Shown here: positions 8,900 to 17,867 of the stretch, piece by piece
Numbering within the stretch: position 1 is the stretch's first letter
Layout: each line of letters starts with the position of its first letter
DNA from: an uncultured Pelagibacteraceae bacterium
Lineage (GTDB): Bacteria > Pseudomonadota > Alphaproteobacteria > Pelagibacterales > Pelagibacteraceae
Direction of reading: 5' to 3'
Length of the DNA stretch: 64,000 nt
Assembly (NCBI GenBank): GCA_902561465.1
Contig: CACEPH010000001.1
Location: 19,448-83,447 of the forward strand
Notes under the pieces: generated by a model
Seen by the model: the letters and a program-made list of their open reading frames with translations, nothing else
Told to the model about the DNA's origin: nothing
Database searches by the model: none
Translations under genes and position numbers: made by a program

Positions 8900-10516
8900 A
8901 TGAGTAGAACTATTAAAATACCAAAAAAACTTTCCAAAAAATCTTTAAATTTAATATTTAATATATTTTTATTAATTTATCTTATTTTCGGTTTTTATCT
9001 ATCAATAAATACAGGAATTTCCACGGACGAATTTATTGAGCAAACCAATTGGAAACTTAGTAAGGATGCAATAAAAAATTTTTTTGGTTTAAATAATCAT
9101 GGTTATTCAAATCTATACTCATATGAATGGAAATTTCATGGTGTAGGACATCACTACTTTTCACAAGTTTATTTATCTTTTATTAGTTTATTTATTCATA
9201 TAGATAAATATTCTGAAGATGTATCTAATATTTTAATAAACCATAGCTTTATATTCTTAATATATTTTTTTTCCGGAATATTTTCAAAAAAGATTGTAGA
9301 ATTTGTAATTGAAGATAAATTATTTAGTAATATCTTTTTAATTTTTTACTTATTATATCCTTACTTGCTCGGTCATGGTTTTTATAACCCTAAAGATATT
9401 CCTTTTTTGTTTATTTGGATTTTATCTTCTTATATTAGCATTAAAATTTTTTTAAAATTGTATGAAAAAAAAGAAATCTCAATTTTAAATATTTTAGTAC
9501 TTTCGCTTACTACTGGCATTTTACTTTCAATAAGAATTTCTGGAATATTAATAATATTACAATATTTTATAATTTTTATAATAACATGTAATGCTATTGA
9601 AAAAACTTTTTATGAAATTATAAAGTCTTATTTTTACAAAATTATATTATTTTTTTTTCTTACTCTATTAGTAACATTTTCATTATATCCCGTTCTTTGG
9701 AATAACCCTCTTTTAGTATTAGACTCTATAAATCAAATGAGAAATATTCCTTATGGTGTTTGTACATTAACTTTTGGAAAATGTATGGATGCTTTAAATC
9801 TGCCCTCGAGTTATATATTTATATGGCTTTTTTTTAAATTACCTATATTAGCTTTGATTGGTCTACTATTATTTCCTTTTGTTGAAAAAAAAATATTTAC
9901 AAAAAGTAGAAATCAAATAATTTTAGGTTCGATTATGCTCTCTACTATTAGTATTATTTTTTTATTAATTTTATTAGAGGTAAATTTGTATGATGAGTTA
10001 AGACACATAATGTTTTTAGTTCCGTTAATTTTAATTTCAACTTATTCAATTATTTATTTATTTTCGAAGAAAATAACATTATATATCGGAATGCTTTCTA
10101 TAACAATTTTTCTAATCCAAAATTTTAATATGTATCCCTATCAATATACTTGGTTTAATTTATTTGGAAATTTTGTAAATATAAATAATAATTTTGAACT
10201 TGATTACTGGGGCGTAAGTGGAAGAAATATTGCCAAAAAAATAAATACAAATACTGAAATAAATAAAATTAATGACAAATGTATTTATGTATCACCAAAA
10301 CATATTGTGGAACCATTTATAAATAATAATTATAATTGTGTAAAACCTTACTTCTCTATATATCCAAAAAGTTCTGAAAAATTTGTTTTAGTAAAATATA
10401 CTAGGAATATAAGAAGAGAGAATCCTTCTGGTTGTAAACTAATTTTTGTTGAAGAATATAATTTAAATTTCGTCAAGAAGAATTTAAAAATGGGTGAAGT
10501 TTATATTTGTAACTAA
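8900..10516 (+). CDS. Polytopic membrane protein, GT-C-fold (ArnT/PMT, GT39/GT83-like) glycosyltransferase candidate
   Basis: About 538 aa from the ATG at 8900 (the track starts at a TTG one codon earlier). It has roughly a dozen hydrophobic segments, an acidic motif in the first loop (STDEFIEQ) and a Cys-containing soluble C-terminal domain (ELDYWG...). It is divergent from the GT2 gene. The family assignment rests on architecture only. Confidence 0.5.
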   Translation: MSRTIKIPKKLSKKSLNLIFNIFLLIYLIFGFYLSINTGISTDEFIEQTNWKLSKDAIKNFFGLNNHGYSNLYSYEWKFHGVGHHYFSQVYLSFISLFIHIDKYSEDVSNILINHSFIFLIYFFSGIFSKKIVEFVIEDKLFSNIFLIFYLLYPYLLGHGFYNPKDIPFLFIWILSSYISIKIFLKLYEKKEISILNILVLSLTTGILLSIRISGILIILQYFIIFIITCNAIEKTFYEIIKSYFYKIILFFFLTLLVTFSLYPVLWNNPLLVLDSINQMRNIPYGVCTLTFGKCMDALNLPSSYIFIWLFFKLPILALIGLLLFPFVEKKIFTKSRNQIILGSIMLSTISIIFLLILLEVNLYDELRHIMFLVPLILISTYSIIYLFSKKITLYIGMLSITIFLIQNFNMYPYQYTWFNLFGNFVNINNNFELDYWGVSGRNIAKKINTNTEINKINDKCIYVSPKHIVEPFINNNYNCVKPYFSIYPKSSEKFVLVKYTRNIRRENPSGCKLIFVEEYNLNFVKKNLKMGEVYICN

Positions 10517-10518
10517 CA

Positions 10519-10788
10519 TTAATTATTCTCAACACTGTTAATTTCTGATTTTAGTTTATTAAAAAATTTATAAATTAAGATTCTATCTTCTTCATGAAGC
10601 ATGTATTCCTTTTCTAAGCCTTTTCTCATCTCTTTTCTTAATTTGTTAATCAACATTTTCCGACCATGCTCATCATTAACTGCATTAATATTTTCAACTA
10701 TAGGATCAATTCTTTTTCCAATTGTGAATTCAAAACCAACTATAAAAATAAAGGTAATAATAATTGCTTTATAGATAAATCCTCGCAT
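10519..10788 (-). CDS. Hypothetical small membrane-anchored protein (89 aa)
   Basis: One N-terminal TM segment (IYKAIIITFIFIVGFEF) followed by a charged helical tail. A consensus TATAAT lies 6 nt upstream of its ATG. I recognise no family. Confidence 0.45.
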   Translation of the reverse strand: MRGFIYKAIIITFIFIVGFEFTIGKRIDPIVENINAVNDEHGRKMLINKLRKEMRKGLEKEYMLHEEDRILIYKFFNKLKSEINSVENN

Positions 10789-10794
10789 AAAAAT

Positions 10795-10800
10795 ATTATA
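10795..10800 (-). promoter_or_regulatory. Candidate -10 box (TATAAT) for the 89-aa ORF
   Basis: The minus strand reads TATAAT-attttt-ATG. The hexamer ends 6 nt before the start codon (10786-10788), with no Shine-Dalgarno. Confidence 0.3.
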
Positions 10801-10917
10801 ATGTATCTAATATGGAATTAAAGGATTTTAAAGAAAAGACTGCTCCTAAATAGATACTATAGGATAAAAATGTAAATTGTAGTTGTGTAATTTTATAAAA
10901 AAATATATTAAAAACTT

Positions 10918-11007
10918 GGAGAGATGGCTGAGCGGTTGAAAGCACTGGTCTTGAAAACCAGCAATGGGGCAACTCATTCGTGGGTTCGAATCCCACTCTC
11001 TCCGCCA
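10918..11007 (+). tRNA. tRNA-Ser (anticodon UGA), CCA encoded
   Basis: GGAGAGA acceptor pairs with TCTCTCC, followed by G and CCA. The anticodon stem-loop is CTGGT-CTTGAAA-ACCAG. It has a long variable arm and the T-arm GGGTTCGAATCCC. Confidence 0.9.
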
Positions 11008-11262
11008 TTATAGTTTAAATTCCTTAAGCAATTTTGATATTTTATTTTTCGGAATTATTTCACTATTATTCTTATAAAAATACCAATTGTATAGAATTTC
11101 ATCTTCAATTTTTAATATACTATCCAGGTTTGCAAGATCTTCATCCGTGAGATTATCAACATATTTTTTTACAAAATTTCCAAGTAAGATATCCATTTCT
11201 TTTGATCCCCTGTGAGTAGACCTGTAGATAATTTGTTTTTTTAAAACTTCTTTGTTTATCAT
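11008..11262 (-). CDS. sdhE: FAD assembly factor SdhE (succinate dehydrogenase assembly factor 2, DUF339)
   Basis: 84 aa with the RGSKEMD (RGxxE) motif followed by L..F....L.D.DL..L..IL..ED.....W. It neighbours recG divergently, as in other alphaproteobacteria. Confidence 0.75.
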   Translation of the reverse strand: MINKEVLKKQIIYRSTHRGSKEMDILLGNFVKKYVDNLTDEDLANLDSILKIEDEILYNWYFYKNNSEIIPKNKISKLLKEFKL

Positions 11263-11295
11263 TATTTAATAAGATTTATTATATATTATAAATTA

Positions 11296-13353
11296 ATGAA
11301 TCATTTAAATATTCAAAATTTTTTAACTAAAAATGTATCTACTTTAGACGGTGTTGGCAATAAAACAAAAAAGCTATTAAAGAAAAAAAAAATTGAAAAG
11401 ATAAAAGATCTTCTTTGGAATTTTCCCCAAGGCTATACTGATAGGTCTAATTTGGTCACCCTAGATAGACTTGAAATTGGAAAAATAAGCACGATTAAAG
11501 TTAAAGTAATAAAATATAATTTTCCACGAATTAGAAATTTACCTAACAGAGTAATATGTGAGGATTTGAAAGGTAAGATAGATATTGTTTTTTTTAATAG
11601 TAGAGAAGGATATATACGAAAGATACTCCCTATAAATTCATTAGTTATAATTAGTGGAAAAATAAATTTTTTTAAAAAAAAATATCAAATAACAAACCCA
11701 GCTTATATTGTTCCTGTTGAAAAAGAAGAATATGTTAATAAAATAATTCCAAAATATCCTTTAACTGAAGGTCTTACAGAAAAAGTTTATAGAAAATTAA
11801 TTGAACAAGTATTAAAAAAAGTAACAAATCTTGAAGAGTGGCATGACAAGAATGTACTTAAAAAAATAGGAAACGTTAGCTGGGTAGAATCTGTAAACTA
11901 CATACATGAGGGCAATGATAATAAAATTAATTCAAAATACTTTAGAAGATTAGCATATGACGAAATTTTATCAAACTTATTGGTTTTATCTCAAGTTAGA
12001 AGAAGAATTAAGAGATTAAAAAAAGAAAAAAAAATATTCTATAATATTATATCTAATAAAATAGTAGAAAATTTAAATTTTTATTTTACTAGTGATCAAA
12101 AAAAAGTAATTAGTGAAATAAATAACGATTTAAAATCACATTATAAAATGTTCAGAATTTTACAAGGCGATGTAGGTTCAGGAAAAACTGTAGTGGCTTT
12201 TACTGCAGCAGCTAATGTTATCGAGTCAGATTATCAAGTAGTAATGATGGCTCCAACAGAAATATTAGCTAAGCAACATTATATTCTTGCAAAGAAATTA
12301 TTTTCCTCAACTAATGTTAATATCGGATTTTTAAGTGGAAAAACTAAATCTGATGAGAAAAAAGAAATTTTAGAAAAGTTGCTTAATGGTAAAATTAATT
12401 TTCTAATAGGTACACATGCTTTATTTCAAAAAAAAACTATATTTAAAAATTTAGGTTTATCAATTATTGATGAGCAACATAAATTTGGAGTTCATCAAAG
12501 AATAGAGCTTGCCAACAAAGGCGGCAAGAATTGTGACATATTATTAATGTCTGCTACACCTATACCCCGTACTTTAATCATGGCTGTATATGGAGATATG
12601 GATGTTTCAAGACTAATTGAAAAACCAATTAACAGAAAAGAAGTAATCACATTAAGTAAACCTGAAGAGAAAATTAATGAGATTATCCTTTTTATTAAAA
12701 AAAAAATTTATGAAGGAAATCAAATCTTTTGGGTTTGTCCTTTAATAGAAGAATCAAAAATACTTGATTATTCAGCTGCTGTAAATAAATATAATTTTTT
12801 ATCTAATAATTTTAAGAATAAAGTTGGGTTGATACATGGAGGTCTTGATAAAAATGAAAGAGATAAAGTTTTAAATAATTTTTTAAAAAAAAAAATTGAT
12901 ATATTAGTATCTACTACAATTATAGAAGTTGGAATAGATTTTCCAAACGCAAATGTTATAGTTATAGAAAACTCTAATAAGTTTGGTCTATCTCAACTAC
13001 ATCAATTAAGAGGCAGAATTGGAAGAGGTTCTAAACAAGGAACCTGTATTTTATTATTTAAAAAAAATTTAAGTGAAAATGCGAAAAAAAGAATAAAAAT
13101 ATTAAAATCATCTAATGATGGATTCTTAATTGCAGAAGAAGATATGAAACTAAGAGGATTTGGTGATGTTTTAGGATATCAGCAAAGTGGAATAAAAAAT
13201 TTTAAACTTGCTGACCCAGTTCATCATGAAGATCTTTTCAGTATTGCTAATATTAATATTAAAAATATAGAAAATGACGAAAATAATTTTAAAAAATATG
13301 ATCTTTTAATGAAATTATTTGATAAGGCTGATGTTATAAGTGAGATTATTTAG
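11296..13353 (+). CDS. recG: ATP-dependent DNA helicase RecG
   Basis: 685 aa with an OB wedge region, Walker A GDVGSGKT, DEQHKFG, SATPIPRT and QLHQLRGRIGRG. Confidence 0.92.
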   Translation: MNHLNIQNFLTKNVSTLDGVGNKTKKLLKKKKIEKIKDLLWNFPQGYTDRSNLVTLDRLEIGKISTIKVKVIKYNFPRIRNLPNRVICEDLKGKIDIVFFNSREGYIRKILPINSLVIISGKINFFKKKYQITNPAYIVPVEKEEYVNKIIPKYPLTEGLTEKVYRKLIEQVLKKVTNLEEWHDKNVLKKIGNVSWVESVNYIHEGNDNKINSKYFRRLAYDEILSNLLVLSQVRRRIKRLKKEKKIFYNIISNKIVENLNFYFTSDQKKVISEINNDLKSHYKMFRILQGDVGSGKTVVAFTAAANVIESDYQVVMMAPTEILAKQHYILAKKLFSSTNVNIGFLSGKTKSDEKKEILEKLLNGKINFLIGTHALFQKKTIFKNLGLSIIDEQHKFGVHQRIELANKGGKNCDILLMSATPIPRTLIMAVYGDMDVSRLIEKPINRKEVITLSKPEEKINEIILFIKKKIYEGNQIFWVCPLIEESKILDYSAAVNKYNFLSNNFKNKVGLIHGGLDKNERDKVLNNFLKKKIDILVSTTIIEVGIDFPNANVIVIENSNKFGLSQLHQLRGRIGRGSKQGTCILLFKKNLSENAKKRIKILKSSNDGFLIAEEDMKLRGFGDVLGYQQSGIKNFKLADPVHHEDLFSIANINIKNIENDENNFKKYDLLMKLFDKADVISEII

Positions 13354-13960
13354 GATTTGATGTTCCTGCAGAAACAATAAATTTAGAAGCCTCCTCAAAA
13401 CTTAAATCAAGATAGATAACATCATCTTTTGGAAACATTAATAAAAAACCACTGGTAGGATTTGGCGTTGTCGGTACAAAAACATTTATTAAATCTTTTT
13501 TTGTTTTATCGGTTATTTCTCCACTATTTTCTTTTGTAGCAAAACCAACCGCCCATGTTCCTTTTCTTGGATACTCAACCAAAACTACATTTTTTTTATC
13601 TTTATCAGTTTTAGTAAATGTATCAGTCATTTGACCTATTGCAGAATAAATAGTTCTTAAAATAGGTATTTTTTTTAAAATATTTTCTAATAAATTTAAA
13701 AGTCTCTTACCTATAAAAGACAAAGATAACCAACCTATAAAAGTTATTAAAACTATTGAAATCGCTATTTCCAGTCCAGGTATATTATATGGTAAATAAT
13801 GATTTGGATTAATTTCTTTAGGTAAAATTTTTGACGAAATAGAAACTAAAAAAATTGTAAGGTATAGAGTAATACCAATTGGTATTAAAACAACTATTCC
13901 AGCAATGAAATAGTTCCTAATTCTAGCAAAAATACTTCTTTTTTTTTGTTGTTTTGACAT
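13346..13960 (-). CDS. DUF502-family membrane protein
   Basis: 204 aa with two N-terminal TM segments and the conserved PTTPNPTSGFL motif of DUF502/COG2928. Confidence 0.7.
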   Translation of the reverse strand: MSKQQKKRSIFARIRNYFIAGIVVLIPIGITLYLTIFLVSISSKILPKEINPNHYLPYNIPGLEIAISIVLITFIGWLSLSFIGKRLLNLLENILKKIPILRTIYSAIGQMTDTFTKTDKDKKNVVLVEYPRKGTWAVGFATKENSGEITDKTKKDLINVFVPTTPNPTSGFLLMFPKDDVIYLDLSFEEASKFIVSAGTSNPK

Positions 13961-13979
13961 CTAATATAAAGACATTTTT

Positions 13980-14828
13980 ATGAATAATATTAATAACATA
14001 AATAGAAGAAAATTTCTCGAAATTTTTGGTGTGTGTAGCTGCGGGTTAGTATTTACTTCGTGCACAACTGCACCAATAACTGAAAGAAAACAATTAAAAT
14101 TAATACCAGAATCCACTCTTAATAGGCAAGCTGTTCAAATATACGAAAACGTCAAGCGAAAAGCGAAATTAAGTAAAGACAAAAAACAATTAGATGAAAT
14201 TAAAGAAATTGGATCAAGAATTGAAGAGTCGGTTAGTGCTTATTTTGATTCTAAAAATGAAAAAGATCCAACTTATAACTTTAACTGGGAATATATACTT
14301 ATTGATGATGACAAAATTAAAAATGCATGGTGCATGCCTGGTGGTAAGATAGCTGTTTATACTGGAATTTTAAAAATTACTAAAAATAAACATGGTTTAG
14401 CTTCTGTAATGGGTCATGAAATAGCTCATGCTGTAGCCAAACATTCTGTAGAAAGAGCTAGCAGAGCTTTAATCTTAAATTTAGGAACTCAAATTGCTGA
14501 TATTGCTTCTGGCGGAAAAATTTCTGCAGCTTCAAGATCAGCAGGAGTTGATGTTGCAGGTTTAATAAGAACTTTTGGAATTGATAACCCTTTTGGTAGA
14601 AAACAAGAAAGTGAAGCAGACTACCTGGGTTTAATTTTTTCTTCATTAGCTGGATACGATATCAGAGAATCCGTAAAAATTTGGGAAAGAATGAAAGAAG
14701 CACATAAAGGAAATGAGCCGCCACAGTGGATGAGCACACACCCTTCTAGCACAAAAAGAATAATCTCTCTTAATTTATGGATACCTGAAATTATCATTAA
14801 ATATCCACCAATAAAAAAAATTATTTAA
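13980..14828 (+). CDS. M48-family zinc metallopeptidase, predicted (Tat-type?) lipoprotein
   Basis: HEIAHAV zinc motif with downstream ESEADYLG. The N-terminus NRRKFLEIFGVCSCGLVFTSC combines a twin-arginine-like motif with lipobox-like Cys residues. Confidence 0.8.
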   Translation: MNNINNINRRKFLEIFGVCSCGLVFTSCTTAPITERKQLKLIPESTLNRQAVQIYENVKRKAKLSKDKKQLDEIKEIGSRIEESVSAYFDSKNEKDPTYNFNWEYILIDDDKIKNAWCMPGGKIAVYTGILKITKNKHGLASVMGHEIAHAVAKHSVERASRALILNLGTQIADIASGGKISAASRSAGVDVAGLIRTFGIDNPFGRKQESEADYLGLIFSSLAGYDIRESVKIWERMKEAHKGNEPPQWMSTHPSSTKRIISLNLWIPEIIIKYPPIKKII

Positions 14829-15462
14829 TTTTCATTTTTATTTCAGCAAATCTTGATCTTAAAATTTTTAGTTCGAAATTATTATTAAGTACGTATTCAT
14901 CAATAGCTTTTTTAACACCAGGTGCATAATTAAGATTATAATCATCACAAAGTATTACACCATAATTTTTAATAACTTTTGTTAAATTATTTAAATCGTT
15001 TTTTACAGTTTCATATTTATGTCCACCATCCAAAAAAACATAGTCAAAAACTTCAATTTTAATTTCTTGAAGAATCTTATTTGAATTTCCTTTTATTATA
15101 TTAATATTACTTTTAAATTTTTTTAATAATTTAAGCACAGATTCATAAGAATAAGGGTCTTCTTTTGCAATATAACTGTAATAAAAAGTTTTCAAAGGAT
15201 TTGAAAAAGTTGTTTTGGGTGGTATTTCATCTTCAATATTTTTAGTATTAATTTCAAATAAATCTATACCAGTAAATTTAAAATTGTTACCATGGATATT
15301 GTATAATAACTCGCATATGTTTCGTGAAGTAACTCCATGAAATACACCTATCTCAAGTATATTTTTTGGTTTTAATTCATTAATGTGACTTAAAAGAAAA
15401 ATAGCATCTTCTTTATCTTTTAAACTTGTTTTTCTCCAATATTTTTTGAATTGAATTTTCAT
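14821..15462 (-). CDS. Class I SAM-dependent methyltransferase (Methyltransf_24-like)
   Basis: 213 aa with motif I ILEIGVFHGVTS, acidic GIDLFE and the FLDGGHKYETV block typical of this sugar/small-molecule O-methyltransferase group. Confidence 0.7.
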   Translation of the reverse strand: MKIQFKKYWRKTSLKDKEDAIFLLSHINELKPKNILEIGVFHGVTSRNICELLYNIHGNNFKFTGIDLFEINTKNIEDEIPPKTTFSNPLKTFYYSYIAKEDPYSYESVLKLLKKFKSNINIIKGNSNKILQEIKIEVFDYVFLDGGHKYETVKNDLNNLTKVIKNYGVILCDDYNLNYAPGVKKAIDEYVLNNNFELKILRSRFAEIKMKIK

Positions 15463-16190
15463 CTTTTTACAAAAATATAATTAACATATGTTTTAAATTT
15501 TAAAATGTAATTATTTTTTTTTAAAATTCTAAATATTTTATTTTTATTTGTTTTAATCTTTTTAGAGTAAAAATCATAATTTACAATTTCTACACATATA
15601 ACTTTTATATCATAATGATTAAAATTTAATGTTTTCAAGACTTCAAGTTCATGGCCTTCTATATCAATATTTAAAAAATCAATTTTATTAATATTTGCTT
15701 TTTTTAATAAATTTTTAATTGTGTTAGTTTTAATCTTTCTTTTGATTAAATTTTTATTACCAAAAGCCTTTTCTATGAATAACGTATGATTTTTACTTAT
15801 TGTATTTAAAGAACTTAATTGATGATCGAAAAAAAGATTTTTAAATCCTTTTTTATTTGATACAGCAGCGCATATATTTATATCTTTGGGTCTAGCTACA
15901 TTAAATAAATCAATTGTTAATGGATTTAAATCGATATTTACACCACGCCAACCCTCCTTATGCATTAAATAAGTATTATTTTGTCTTATTGGATGAAAGC
16001 ACCCTATATCAACATATGTTCCATTTGTATTTTTTTTAAATAACTTAATAATTTTTTTATCTTCACCAAATTGTGAATTATTAAAAAAAAATTTAAAATT
16101 TCTTATATAGATATTATAGTAAAGAAATAGTTTTTTAAATGAGGAGTATTTTTCTGACCATTTTAAAATTAACGGTTTAGATGAGGACAT
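15459..16190 (-). CDS. FkbM-family methyltransferase
   Basis: 243 aa with YVDIGCFHP, GVNIDLNP and the IDFLNIDIEGHELEVL signature of FkbM methyltransferases. ATGA overlap with the downstream methyltransferase. Confidence 0.75.
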   Translation of the reverse strand: MSSSKPLILKWSEKYSSFKKLFLYYNIYIRNFKFFFNNSQFGEDKKIIKLFKKNTNGTYVDIGCFHPIRQNNTYLMHKEGWRGVNIDLNPLTIDLFNVARPKDINICAAVSNKKGFKNLFFDHQLSSLNTISKNHTLFIEKAFGNKNLIKRKIKTNTIKNLLKKANINKIDFLNIDIEGHELEVLKTLNFNHYDIKVICVEIVNYDFYSKKIKTNKNKIFRILKKNNYILKFKTYVNYIFVKR

Positions 16191-16267
16191 ATTTTATTAC
16201 CAACCATGTACTATAACATTTAATTAATATAATCTATATTTATAAGAAAATAACATTATTTAGAAAA

Positions 16268-17854
16268 ATGAAAATTATTAAATCAAATTTTAATAAATAT
16301 AAAAAAACACTTTATATTATAATATTATTTTTTTTTTCCACTTCAATAAATCAATATTATGGAAATTTAGGTGTTTGTCCTATAGATAGTTTTTGGTTTT
16401 TCAATTCAGGTTACGATGTCCTAAATGGTTATTATCCATTTAAAGATTATTGGACTATAGCTGGACCATTCATAACATATACTCAAGCACTTTTTTTTAT
16501 GGTTTTTGGTGTATCTTGGTTTAGTTATGTGTTTCATGCATCAATATTTAATTTTTTAATTTCTATATCTACTTATTACACTCTTTATAAATTCAAACTT
16601 AATATAAATTATTGTTTTTTTTATTCTTTACTTGTTTCTATATTAGCTTATCCCTCATCAGGAACACCTTATGTTGATCATCATGCATCGATATTATCTA
16701 TAATTTCTGTATTTTGTTTTATTCTTGCATTGAAAACAAATTTAAGAATCTATTGGTTTTTCTTACCAATTATTTTATTAACCTCTTTTTTAACTAAACA
16801 AACTCCAACAGGACATTTTTTTTTAATAATAGCTTTTTTATCTTTATTATATTTTATTTTTAATTTTGATATTAAAAAAATTATTTATGGTATTTTTGGT
16901 TCTCTTGCAATAATTATTTTTTTTCTTGTCATAGGTTTACTAAGTAATATTTCTTTTGAAACTTTTGTATATCAATATATTTTATTTCCTTTGTCTATAG
17001 GAGAAATAAGATTCGATCATTTCCTTTTTCCTCTAGAGTTCTCTAGAATATTTATAAGATTTAAATTAATACATTTATCTACATTAATTCTTTTAATAAT
17101 AAGTATTAAAAGCATAATAAATAATTATAAATATTTAAAAAATAATGAATTTTTTATATCATTAGCTCTTATAGCTTCATCATATGCATTAATAATGCAT
17201 CAATTAATGACTATTAATGGAATGTTTATATTTTTTATAATCCCTATATTAACAGGATTTTCACATATTTATTTTTTAAAATATTATAAAAATAAAAAGT
17301 ATATTCTGAGCATGTTAATTATTTTATCTTTAGGTTCTACTATACATTATGCAAATAAATATATTAATAAACGTGATTTCATGGATTTAAGAAATGCATC
17401 TATGAGTAAAACTATTAATTCAGAAATACTGAGTGATAAATTATCTGGTCTTAAATGGATATCATGTCTTATGCCAAATAATCCAAAAAAAGAAATAGAG
17501 CAGTTGCTAGAAGTAATGAAAATAATTAAAAATGACAATGCTAATAAAAGCATAATCACAGATTATCAATTTATGTCTGTAGCATTATCTTTATATGATT
17601 TTTCACAAAGTCATGTCTGGTTTATTAATCATGTTGCTAACCAAAAAAATGATTCTAAATACTACAAAATTTATAAAGATTTTTTTATTAAAAATATAAA
17701 AAGAAATAAAATTAAAAAAGCATATCTCGTTAAACCGTTATGGGGTGGTAATGAGGTTTTTGAAAATGGTTTAAATTCTGATTGTTATAAAAAGGAGAAA
17801 ATAACTGAGATTTTAGACGTTTATACCTTGAAGGAATGTAAAGAACTAAAATAG
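16268..17854 (+). CDS. Polytopic membrane protein, second GT-C-fold-like glycosyltransferase candidate
   Basis: 528 aa with about 10-13 hydrophobic segments followed by a soluble Cys-containing C-terminal domain. It is divergent from the two methyltransferases. The assignment rests on architecture only. Confidence 0.45.
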   Translation: MKIIKSNFNKYKKTLYIIILFFFSTSINQYYGNLGVCPIDSFWFFNSGYDVLNGYYPFKDYWTIAGPFITYTQALFFMVFGVSWFSYVFHASIFNFLISISTYYTLYKFKLNINYCFFYSLLVSILAYPSSGTPYVDHHASILSIISVFCFILALKTNLRIYWFFLPIILLTSFLTKQTPTGHFFLIIAFLSLLYFIFNFDIKKIIYGIFGSLAIIIFFLVIGLLSNISFETFVYQYILFPLSIGEIRFDHFLFPLEFSRIFIRFKLIHLSTLILLIISIKSIINNYKYLKNNEFFISLALIASSYALIMHQLMTINGMFIFFIIPILTGFSHIYFLKYYKNKKYILSMLIILSLGSTIHYANKYINKRDFMDLRNASMSKTINSEILSDKLSGLKWISCLMPNNPKKEIEQLLEVMKIIKNDNANKSIITDYQFMSVALSLYDFSQSHVWFINHVANQKNDSKYYKIYKDFFIKNIKRNKIKKAYLVKPLWGGNEVFENGLNSDCYKKEKITEILDVYTLKECKELK

Positions 17855-17867
17855 TAGAATTTTGCAA

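Noticed and set aside
10796-11008. 70-aa minus-strand ORF from the track
   Set aside because: It is the antisense reading of tRNA-Ser(UGA) plus its promoter region. The peptide MAERVGFEPT... is the classic translated-tRNA artefact.
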